A DNA stretch of 64,000 nt, taken from the NCBI GenBank assembly GCA_002269645.1, contig NIVC01000480.1, forward strand, positions 1 to 64,000, given 5' to 3'. Position 1 is the first letter of the stretch; each line of letters opens with the position of its first letter. The stretch comes from Macrostomum lignano (Eukaryota). The position numbers were made by a program, and so were the translations under genes. The notes beneath the pieces were generated by a model that worked only from the letters and a program-made list of their open reading frames with translations, was not told the origin of the DNA and searched no databases. Positions 14,001-40,163 of the stretch are shown here, in pieces.

Positions 14001-15004
14001 TCCCACCCTTGGACAGGACGAGAGGTCAAAAACAATCCCACCCTTGGACAGGACGAGGGGTCAAAAACAATCCCACCCTTGGACAGGACGAGAGGTCAAA
14101 AACAATTCCACCATTGGACAGGACGAGAGGTCAGAGACAACCACTCAAAGACAGAACGAGAGGTCAGAGACAGCCACGAGAGGTCAGAGACAACCACTCA
14201 AAGACAGAACGAGAGGTCAGAGACAACCACGAGAGGTCAGAAACAACCACCCAAGGACAGGACGAGAGGTCAGAGACAACCACCCAAGGACAGGACGGAT
14301 TCGAAAACACAAAAAAATGAATTTACCTGCAAATCATCAAACGCGCCAACTTCTATACTGACCAAATCGCAATTCAATAAGATTAGATATCGCAAATTAG
14401 GCAATCCTTTGATCTCGCCGACACTCAGCTGATCGAGACGGCCGCCATTGTATTTAGCGGACACCAGAGAAGCCAAATTGTTCAACAGAACAGACGAACG
14501 ATTGCGCCAAATGCAATTATGCAATTCCACATCAATTAGAGCTTTATTTTTGGCATTATCTAGTTCAGAAATCAGCTCAAAGTCGCTTTGCTGAGTAGTG
14601 CAGGCAGCTTTTAGATGAGTCAATTTAGGCAATGACTGCAGAGGCTGGTACAGATACAGGACTCTTACTGGACCTGTGAATTCTAGCTGCTCTGCAGACC
14701 TGGCAGCCTTCAAAAGCGACACAATTGCTGGCAGTTGGTCTGAGTTAGGCAGTCCGTTGATTCGTACACTGACCCGGCTCAGGTCGGCGAGGCTCCCTAC
14801 AGGTGAACCTGGTACAGTCTCCGATTCTGCAGTGCCGACACGAATCACTAATCTACCAGAATAATAACAACAGCTACCACTTAAACTGCTGTTCACGTAG
14901 TTGGTTTGCAAAGTCCAGGAAAATTTCCTAATTGCAGTTGACGATGCAGCCGTTATTAATAGATTAATTAGTAGAAAGTATGTTAGACTACAAAGGTGCA
15001 ACAT
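11021..15004 (-). CDS. Single-pass type I membrane leucine-rich-repeat protein (~548 aa), 4 exons
   Basis: Exons 15004-14327, 13601-13074, 12309-11937 and 11088-11021 join in phase with GT-AG ends. Signal peptide [19 protein letters not shown]; LRRs [44 protein letters not shown]; [27 protein letters not shown]. The last exon is least certain; an unspliced stop exists at 11923. Confidence 0.8.
11375..11875. repeat. 24-bp minisatellite GTCAGGACTTTGGGATCAGTGTGT in LRR intron 3
   Basis: Shares the GGACTTTGGGATCAG core with the 20-bp family. Confidence 0.9.
12325..12995. repeat. 37-bp minisatellite GAAGGATTCAGAGTTCAGAGGGTTTATAGAGGGCACT in LRR intron 2
   Basis: About 18 units. Confidence 0.93.
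13690..14300. repeat. 33-37-bp minisatellite GGACAGGACGAGAGGTCA(G/A)A(G/A)ACAA.. in LRR intron 1
   Basis: Direct reading. Confidence 0.88.
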
Positions 15005-15534
15005 AACTTGCTTAGTATAACTGAGACACGGAGAGAATGAAGGGCAGACAAGTTCAACACAATCGAATTCCGTGAAAGCAAGAACATTTATTTAGAAAGA
15101 AAAACTAGAAAAAGACTAAGGCCGAAGCTTATTGGACGAGACAGTGAGAGACCTGGAAGTTGGAGTGGAAGGGAAGGGCTTGGATGTACTCAGTGCGGGG
15201 GTTGAAATACCCCCCCCCCCGGTGTATGCTCCGGTTGGTTCGTGCCACTTTTTTGGCCGGAAAAAAAGAGGAAAGGAAAAAGACGAAAGACCAGAGAGGG
15301 GAGAGAGGATTGAATTTGGGTGTGTTTTAGATTTATTTTAATTGCTTTGTGCATATACGTTAGTTAGAATAAGTCTTTGTTCGCGCGTTTGTCTTTGTGT
15401 GCAATAAATGGAGGGCCTTTGTAAAATCCAAAGGTAAACGCGTTTTACCACTCTTTAGATCTGGGACATTATGCGGCTCCTTTGTTCTTCTAAGGCCGTT
15501 TTTTCCCAACCCCAACCCCAGCCTTTTCCCTAAA

Positions 15535-16281
15535 CCTTCAAATCCTCCCCTGACATCCCAAATCCTCCCCTGACACTCCAAATCCTCCCCTTACATCCCA
15601 AATCCTCCCCTGACACCACAAATCCTCCCCTGACACTCCAAATCCTCCCCCTTGACACTCCAAATCCTCCCCTGACATCCCAAATCCTCCCCTGACATCC
15701 CAAATCCTCCCCTGACACTCCAGATCCTCCACTGACACCACGAATCCTCCACTGACACTCCAAATCCTCCCCTGACACTCCAGATCCTCCCCTGACACTC
15801 CAAATCCTCCCCTGACACTCCAGATCCTCCACTGACATCACGAATCCTCCACTGACACTCCAAATCCTCCCCTGACATCCCGAATCCTCCCCTGACACTC
15901 CAGATCCTCCACTGACACCACGTATCCTCCACTGACACTCCAGATCCTCCCCTGACACTCCAAATCCTCCCCTGACACTCCAGATCCTCCTTTGACACTC
16001 CAAATCCTCCCTTGACATCCCAAATCCTCCACTGACACCACAACTCCTCCCCTGACACTCCAGATCCTCCCCTGACATTCCAAATCCTCCCCTGACACTC
16101 CAAATCCTCCCCTGACACCACAAATCCTCCCCTGACATCCCAAATCCTCCCCTGACACTCCAGATCCTCCACTGACACCACGAATCCTCCCCTGACACTC
16201 CAAATCCTCCCCTGACACTCCAAATCCTCCACTGACACTCCAAATCCTCCCCTGACACTCCAAATCCTCCCCTGACACTCC
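15535..16281. repeat. 20-bp minisatellite CAAATCCTCCCCTGACACTC
   Basis: About 37 units. Confidence 0.95.
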
Positions 16282-16439
16282 GTAATTTATTATTGTATAC
16301 GTATAATAACAATAAAATGTCTATGGCTCTACAGATCAGCACAACCTCCATTCATAACTCAAATGATTGATTCAAATACCAACAGTCATCAATCTACTCA
16401 GATAAGTTAATATCAACAGAAACCCAGACCGAACCCAGA

Positions 16440-16934
16440 ATGGATTTGAGCCAACTACTCACAGTCATAGTCCTCACAATGGACTTTATTTTCTTCTGCT
16501 CATTCTTCATTTTCTGTCTCACCTCGCCGCTGAAGCGAAGCACAACCAGCGGTGACAGGTTCGTTGAGACCGCTCGACAGAGAATCAGGAATCGGCTTCG
16601 ATCTAGGGAGCTGCAGCAGCACCAGCAGGTGGTGCTGGCCAAAATCCGGGTTAGCGGTGCCGGAGGAGGTAGTCAGGAACCCGACAACGACACTCAAAGT
16701 CGAATATCGCCAGACTCTGCTGCCGCGAAAGAAGATGCTGCAGCGAGCGGAGATGAGGTTGCAAAAAAATCTGGGCGATCTCGCAGCGGCGGAGGCTGCG
16801 GATGCGGCGGCAGCTCCAGCTCTTCACCAAAGCACTCACTGGAGTCGAATGTTCACATCCGGGTTGTTCGAGAGCAGCCTTCGGCGATGGAGAATGACTC
16901 ATTTTACATGGGAACGGATTCTTTACTTCCGTGA
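16440..16934 (+). CDS. Hypothetical 164-aa protein with N-terminal hydrophobic (TM) segment
   Basis: Non-repetitive, GC-richer ORF with an ATG start. Hydrophobic stretch LLTVIVLTMDFIFFCSFFIFCL is followed by basic residues, a low-complexity tail and ENDSFY near the C-terminus. No family recognised. Confidence 0.55.
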   Translation: MDLSQLLTVIVLTMDFIFFCSFFIFCLTSPLKRSTTSGDRFVETARQRIRNRLRSRELQQHQQVVLAKIRVSGAGGGSQEPDNDTQSRISPDSAAAKEDAAASGDEVAKKSGRSRSGGGCGCGGSSSSSPKHSLESNVHIRVVREQPSAMENDSFYMGTDSLLP

Positions 16935-16959
16935 TTGTTGCAGTTTGTCTGCCTAGCAA

Positions 16960-17365
16960 CGAGGAATTCCCTTGGATACGAGATTATTAGTTTGTGTCTA
17001 GGGGTGCCTAGCGACAAGGATTTCCCTTGGATACAAGATATTAGTTTGTGTCTAGTGGTGCCTAGCAACAAGGATTTCCCTTGGATACGAGATATTTGTT
17101 TGGGTCTAGTGGTGCCTAGCAACGAGGATTTCCCTTGGATACGAGATATCAGTTTGTGTCTAGTGGTGCCTAGCAACAAGGATTTCCCTTGGATACGAGA
17201 TATTAGTTTGTGTCTAGAGGTGCCTAGCAACAAGGAGTTCCCTTGGATACGAGATATTAGTTTGTGTCTAGTGGTGCCTAGCAACAAGGAGTTCCCTTGG
17301 ATACGAGATATTAGTTATGGTTTAGAGATCCCTAGCAACGAAGATATCCCTTGGATACGAGATTT
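16960..17365. repeat. 54-bp minisatellite GTTTGTGTCTAGTGGTGCCTAGCAACAAGGATTTCCCTTGGATACGAGATATTA
   Basis: About 7 units starting just after the stop of the 164-aa ORF. Confidence 0.9.
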
Positions 17366-17994
17366 CAAGTTTTGACCGAAGACATTGTAAATTACCTAAG
17401 CATATAAAGTGTAGTAGATGTAAATTTCCTCAATGGTTTACTGCCTACGCCAACCATTCTCACTAATTTCGCACCTGTTTATTGGCCAGATTTTTATCAT
17501 GATTTGAATACTTCAAAAACTGTAATACTTATTTCAGCCTAAACGTAGGAGGGAAGTGAAAAACCAACGAGAACTGATTATTACTAGATTATATTTAGTA
17601 AAGAAATATAAGCCGATTTTCTGCGATGCCTGCTAAAGCTGTTTAGTTTGAAGCAAGTGCATTGTGTACTACTTTTTTACCGAGTTGCCCTGTAGTTGGT
17701 AAATGTTTCTGCACGAAGGGACCCCGACAGGAAGTTAAGAGAAAATGTTGTGCTAAAAGTGAGAGTTTGCGATTACTGAAATAAAGTTTATACAGTGATA
17801 GAAACAGACACTGGGTAGTTGGTTACACAGGTGATTTATAACCACCTGTGAGTGCGTGGGCGGTGGGCCAGTAACTTTGGCATGAAATTCTATATTAAAA
17901 GGAAGATAGAAAAGGAGAGAGAAGGGTAGTGTAAGATAGTTACAATAGGATAAGGTATAGGGTAGCTTAGCGTAGATTAAATGAGATTGTGCAG

Positions 17995-18625
17995 AGAGAG
18001 GAGGATAGAGAGAGTAGGGTAGAGAGAGGAGGGTAGGGATGAGAGTAGAGAGAGGAGGGTAGGGATGAGAGTAGAGAGAGGAGGAAGGAGAGAGTAGGGT
18101 AGAGAGAGTAGGGTAGAGAGAGTATGGTAGAGAGAAGGGTAGAGAGAAGGGTAGAGAGAAGGTTAGAGAGAAGGGTAGAGAGAGTAGGGTAGAGAGAGTA
18201 GGGTAGAGAGGGTTGGGTAGAGAGAGTAGGGTAGAGAGAGAAGGGTATAGAGAGTAGGGTAGAGAGAGTAGGGTAGAGAGGGTTGGTTAGAGAGAGTAGG
18301 GTAGAGAGAGTAGGGTAGAGAGAGTAGGGTAGAGAGAGTAGGGTAGAGAGAGTAGGGTAGAGAGGGTTGGTTAGAGAGAGTAGGGTAGAGAGAGTAGGGT
18401 AGAGAGAGTAGGGTAGAGAGAGTAGGGTAGAGAGAGTAGGGTAGAGAGGGTTGGGTAGAGAGAGTAGGGTAGAGAGAGTAGGGTAGAGAGAGTAGGGTAG
18501 AGAGAGTAGGGTAGAGAGAGTAGGGTAGAGAGAGTAGGGTAGAGAGAGTAGGGTAGAGAGAGTAGGGTAGAGAGGATAGGGTAGAGAGAGTAGGGTAGAG
18601 AGAGTAGGGTAGAGATAAAAGGGTA
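17995..18625. repeat. 14-bp purine-rich minisatellite GAGAGAGTAGGGTA
   Basis: Direct reading. Confidence 0.93.
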
Positions 18626-19056
18626 GACATAGGAGGGTAGAAAATAACAGTAGCACGTGAGGCACCAAATCAACAGCAAAGTTGCTCAACTCAGCTCAAC
18701 TCAACTGGCCTTCACTCTCTGATCCAAAGTTCCCAAAACAAACGAAGCGGGCAATCGCAGCTGCAGCCACCCCCGAAAAGGAAACTGGGACAGCGCAATC
18801 AGCGGCTCGGCTTTGCTCGCGAAATTGCTAGCATAAAATCGCTTTTAAGCAGAGCAAAGCATCAAGAGTGACGCTGTGGGTCACCAAAAAGGCTGATGGG
18901 ACCGGAAGTTACTGGTTTGTGGTGCTGTTCTCGCTGCAAGTGCGCACTGGAAAAGAGAAATGTAGTTTAGCAACACAACGAAATTACAATGCTGCTTGAT
19001 GAAGCTCTGATGAGTATGCAAATAGTGAGAGGCAGAACGAGTTACAACTTCAACAA

Positions 19057-19347
<291 letters not shown>

Positions 19348-19857
19348 AAATAAAAGACAGAAAATATCTATAGTCAAGCGGTGGCTGAAATGAAATTTGT
19401 TGAAGTCACTGCACTGCAAAATATGAATATGATTTATTGAATTGAAAGAAACAGCAAAGGTAACACAGAATAGACAGGCTAAACTGAGGACCAAAGAATA
19501 CTTGAAAGCCTGAAATCTGTTCAATCGGTTTACCAGGTACATGGACACTTTATCACATTATCTTAACATCAAAATTACATTTAGACAAATAACAACGACC
19601 TTCTATATTATGTATAGGTTCATGTTATATAAATAAAGTACATTTATGATTTCTAAAGGAATGACCCGTGCTACAAACTGTTGGATGATATATACAATGT
19701 ACATCCATGCTTAAATGACGATGACATGCAGATAATATGAAAGCAAAATAAGAATATCCTGAACACCGCTTGAACTTCAGTCTGTGCCATGTCAGGGATC
19801 TGCGGCGGCAGCTGTCATTTCGGTCGGTCGGTCGGGTTCAGCTCGACCCCTTTTTGT

Positions 19858-35093
<15,236 letters not shown>

Positions 35094-35474
35094 GAGTTCG
35101 GCTTCACTCTGTATAATTACAATTATTAGTTCAATGGTGATGAAGGAGGCAGGTGAGTATCTTCATTATCTCAATTCAGTTGCACGGCTATTGTCCGTAA
35201 TGTGCCTGGTTGAGTTGAGGGATTATGTATATATATAGGGAGTGAAGTACGTCTCAGGGATCTCTGTATATTTCTGTCTGTTTCTCATCTGTACGCGCCT
35301 CATCAGCAAATAAGGAGGATGAGGATGCTGTGTGGTGAAGCGCCGCTCAGCCAGTGGTTGATGCGCACACTGCAGCTATGCCGGTTGCTGAGAGTACAGT
35401 TCTTGCGACCCTTTGGTGGCAAATTTTTCAATTGAATCAACTGAACTTGTAAGGGCAATAAAATATGAGCACTG

Positions 35475-36200
35475 TTCATGGGTGAGTTCATGAGTGAGCT
35501 TATGAGTGAGTTCATGGGTGAGTTCATAGGAGAGTTTATGAGTGAGTCCTTTAGTGAGTTCGTAAGTGAGGTCATGTGTGAGTTCATGATTGAGTTCATG
35601 AGTGAATTCAAAACTGAGTTTATGAGTGACTTTATGAGTGAGTTCATGGGTGAGTTCATGAGTGAGTCCATGAGTGAGTTCATGAGTGAGTTCATGAGTG
35701 AGTTCATGAGTGAGTTCATGAGTGAGTTCATGAGTGAGTTCATGAGTGAGTTCATGAGTGAGTTCATGAGTGAGTTCATGAGTGAGTTCATGAGTGAGTT
35801 CATGAGTGAGTTCATGAGTGAGTTCATGGGTGAGTTCATGAGTGAGTCCATGAGTGAGTTCATGAGTGAGTTTATGAGTGAGTTCATGAGTGAGTTCATG
35901 AGTGAGTTCATGAGTGAGTTCATGAGTGAGTTCATGAGTGAGTTCATGAGTGAGTTCATGAGTGAGTTCATGAGTGAGTCCATGAGTGAGTTCATGAGTG
36001 AGTTCATGAGTGAGTTCATGAGTGAGTTCATGAGTGAGTTCATGAGTGAGTTCATGAGTGAGTTCATGAGTGAGTTCATGAGTGAGTCCATGAGTGAGTT
36101 CATGAGTGAGTTCATGAGTGAGTTCATGAGTGAGTTCATGAGTGAGTTCATGAGTGAGTTCATGAGTGAGTTCATGAGTGAGTTCATGAGTGAGTTCATG
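35475..36200. repeat. 12-bp minisatellite GAGTTCATGAGT
   Basis: About 60 units in the putative PLC 5'UTR intron 35109-36255. Confidence 0.96.
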
Positions 36201-36255
36201 AATGTTAACGCAAGTGACTGAGCACTTCCGCAAATCAACTGGAAACAACACTTAC

Positions 36256-36318
36256 CTGCTGTAAGCTTTGCCCGCTTAACGAATTTCGCAGTGCACAATG
36301 TGCTTAGCCTAAATTCCA
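36256..36318 (-). other. Candidate non-coding 5'UTR exon of the PLC gene
   Basis: Bounded by TTGCAG and GTAAGT on the minus strand. Splicing to the acceptor at 35109 gives stops in all frames before ATG 35093. Confidence 0.4.
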
Positions 36319-37065
36319 CTGCAACAGTCAGTCAGAATAACAAAACAAATTAGCTGGTACAACAGATTGATTAATTAGATGGATTGCCAATGAAACTAAT
36401 ATTATTTAGAATCGTTCAATAAGCAGGACTAGCTGCTTGTCGAAACGAGATTAGTAGTATGGCCTTATGCTGTTTTCTCTTCAAAGCGGTGGCTGTGGTT
36501 ATGAACCAATTTGGTAGCCTCTCTTTCCTTTTCTTCTCTCTGTAGCGCCTTCGCTTCTGTGCTGGATATTGCTATTTAGCCCGCAGCTATTCGCCTAGTC
36601 GCTGTAGTTTTTCACTGCCGGCCGAGGGGGCGGGGGTCGGCTGAAAATGTACAAATAATTTCGATCTCACATGGCTAACAATCTTGCTTAGTGTGCAGCC
36701 TAACCATTGGCTAGTTACAAGGGTTGGTGGGGGGGGGGGACTGCACTAGCAGCTTATAGTATAGTGCTGAACTAAAAAACTCGACAAGAAAGACGGAAAG
36801 ACAAAAACCTGACAGTATGTATAGCTCTGGGCGTACACTCCTGTCTGTGTTAACGAAGTGCGCAGGGTAGAGCTGTACTCAGGCAGTACCTATACTAGTA
36901 TCGTTCAAGATTTATGACCTCATTATTCAGCCAGGCCCGCAAAAGTGGCCCGATGTAATTTTAAAAAAAACAGCAGCATTTTACTGTTATTGTTTATGTA
37001 TATAGTAGGATATAGTAGGATTATGACCCCATGGACCTTGGCTTATTTTGATGAATACTATTCTC

Positions 37066-38200
37066 TATCTGTCTATGACCCAAAACTGCCTCATGAACAA
37101 ATCTGTCTATGACCCAAAACTGCCTCATGAACAAATCTGTCTATGACCCAAAACTGCCTCATGAACAAATCTGTTAATGACCCAAAACTGCCTCATGAAC
37201 AAATCTGTCTATGACCCAAAACTGCCTCATGAACAAATCTGTCTATGACCCAAAACTGCCTCATGAACAAATCTGTCTATGACCCAAAACTGCCTCATGA
37301 ACAAATCTGTCTATGACCCAAAACTGCCTCATGAACAAATCTGTCTATGACCCAAAACTGCCTCATGAACAAATCTGTCTATGACCCAAAACTGCCTCAT
37401 GAACAAATCTGTCTATGACCCAAAACTGCCTCATGAACAAATCTGTCTATGACCCAAAACTGCCTCATGAACAAATCTGTCTATGACCCAAAACTGCCTC
37501 ATGAACAAATCTGTCTATGACCCAAAACTGCCACATGAACATATCTGTCTATGACCCAAAACTGCCACATGAACAAATCTGTCTATGACCCAAAACTGCC
37601 TCATGAACAAATCTGTCTATGACCCAAAACTGCCTCATGAACAAATCTGTCAATGACCCAAAACTGCCTCATGAACACATCTGTCAATGACCCAAAACTG
37701 CCTCATGAACACATCTGTCTATGACCCAAAACTGCCTCATGAACACATCTGTCAATGACCCAAAACTGCCTCATGAATACATCTGTCTATGACCCAAAAC
37801 TGCCTCATGAACAAATCTGTTAATGACCCAAAACTGCCTCATGAACACATCTGTCAATGACCCAAAACTGCCTCATGAACAAATCTGTCTATGACCCAAA
37901 ACTGCCTCATGAACAAATCTGTCTATGACCCAGAACTGCCACATGAACATATCTGTCTATGACCCAAAACTGCCACATGAACAAATCTGTCTATGACCCA
38001 AAACTGCCTCATGAACAAATCTGTCTATGACCCAAAACTGCCTCATGAACAAATCTGTCAATGACCCAAAACTGCCTCATGAACACATCTGTCAATGACC
38101 CAAAACTGCCTCATGAACACATCTGTCTATGACCCAAAACTGCCTCATGAACAAATCTGTCAATGACCCAAAACTGCCTCATGAACAAATCTGTCCTTGA
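37066..38200. repeat. 34-bp minisatellite ATGACCCAAAACTGCCTCATGAACAAATCTGTCT
   Basis: About 32 units. Confidence 0.96.
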
Positions 38201-38924
38201 ACTGTGATGACCTAGAACTGTCCATGACGTCATCTATGACGACCTAAGCCATCTACATTTTCTACATTTACACTTCTTAGTTTATTTCTAACTTTCTAAA
38301 ACTACATGTTAAATCAAGTGTAATGTTGTAAACACACACATGCACACACCCCAAGAAGTCAGCCTACCCCACTAACTGAGGTTTATCAAAACCATCATGA
38401 GCACATGCACTCATGCAGCCGATTCTGAGCTAGGCCAGAGAATAGGATTGGAGTAGAGAAGAGAGAAAAGGAGAGGAGAGGAGACCCAGCATCCCAATTC
38501 CCAACTCAAGCGATTTTGATTGATGGAGAGAACTGCCAACGTTGCGCGTGCGGCGAGAACGCGTTTGAGACCATTTTATCAACAAGAATTCCTGCTTAAC
38601 AGAATTAAGCCAAGGAAAAGGAGAAGGCAGTACTCTCAGGTCCTATTGAAAACTTTGAGTCTCTCTTCTGCTTAAAAGTGAGCTCAGGTGACTTACACCA
38701 ACTTCTGAACTTCTGAAAAGCCCTTTTCGCTGACCAGCAACTATTTTTACACGTAGAAATCAAACGGTGCTACTTTCAGTAACCTGTATAATAAATGTAT
38801 TTACAGCAGCCGAGTTGCAAAATTCCCCCCCAGTTGTTTTTAAATCGCCAAATTCAAACAAAATTTTAAAGATCAATCTGAGGGATAACTGCCATCGGAG
38901 CAGATAAATTTCACTCCAAATCTG

Positions 38925-39735
38925 ATATGTGTCACTCTGAATCTGAATTGTGTCACTCTGAATCTGAATTTTGTCACTGACTCCGAAATGTGTCACTCTG
39001 AATCTGAAATGTGTCACTCTGAATCTGAATTGTGTCACTCTGAATCTGAATTTTGTCACTGACTCCGAAATGTGTCACTCTGAATCTGAAATGTGTCACT
39101 CTGAATCTGAATTGTGTCATTCTGAATCTGAATTGCGTCACTCTGAATCTGAATTGTGTCACTTTGAATCCGAAATGTGTCACTTTGAATCTGAAATGTG
39201 TCACTCTGAATCTGAAATGTGTCACTCTGAATCTGAAATGTGTCACTCTGAATCTGAAATGTGTCACTTTGAATCTGAAATGTGTCACTCTGAATCTGAA
39301 ATGTGTCACTCTGAATCTGAATTGTGTCATTCTGAATCTGAATTGCGTCACTCTGAATCTGAATTGTGTCACTTTGAATCCGAAATGTGTCACTTTGAAT
39401 CTGAATTGTGTCATTCTGAATCTGAATTGCGTCACTCTGAATCTGAATTGTGTCACTTTGAATCCGAAAAGTGTTACTCTGAATCCGAATAGTTTCACTC
39501 TAAATTTGAAGTGCGTCACTCTGAATCTGAATTTTGTCACTTTTAATCCGAAATGTGTCACTCTGAATCTAAATTGTGTCACTCTGAATCTAAATTGTGT
39601 CACTCTGAATCTAAATTGTGTCACTCTGACTCCGAATTGTGTCACTTTATATCTAAATTGTGTCACTGTAGCTGAATCTCAATTGTGTCACTCTGAATCT
39701 GAATTGTCACTCTGAATCCGAATTGTGTCACCCAA
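38925..39735. repeat. 21-bp minisatellite GTGTCACTCTGAATCTGAA(A/T)T
   Basis: About 38 units with duplicated multi-unit blocks. Confidence 0.94.
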
Positions 39736-40163
39736 AATCTTAAGTGTGTGACTTGTCAATAATTTGATTAAAAACAAATGTTTTTTTTCAAAGAGATATT
39801 TAGCAGAATAAAAATTTAACGAAAGAGGTCCTTGGTTTAACTAAATTGGACCCTTTCCTTCATGGTTGAACAAATACTTCAGTTAGAAAACGCCCGGAGT
39901 TGTGAATAAAATTGCCAAACATTAAACCGTGATTCTCATTGGCTAGAAGTTGTTTGGGCTCGAGGAGCTGGTGACCACTCAGATACAGTTAGACAAACTA
40001 TTCTCGAATTGCTAAATTAACTTTGCCCCCAAATTGTTTAAGAGAGAACATTTCAGGAAAACTTTGTAAGATTTTATATTGTAGAGAAAGCAGCAGAGAA
40101 GTTAGCAAGTTATCCTTCAGAGAGGAATCATTATAAGCTAATTTGATTATAAATAAACAAAAA

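Noticed and set aside
35303-36319. 338-aa and 291-aa ORFs (MNSL and HELT repeats) and similar ORFs at 32076-32974, 38971-39715, 45816-46575 and 61056-61727
   Set aside because: All are periodic translations of minisatellites, open in several frames and on both strands.
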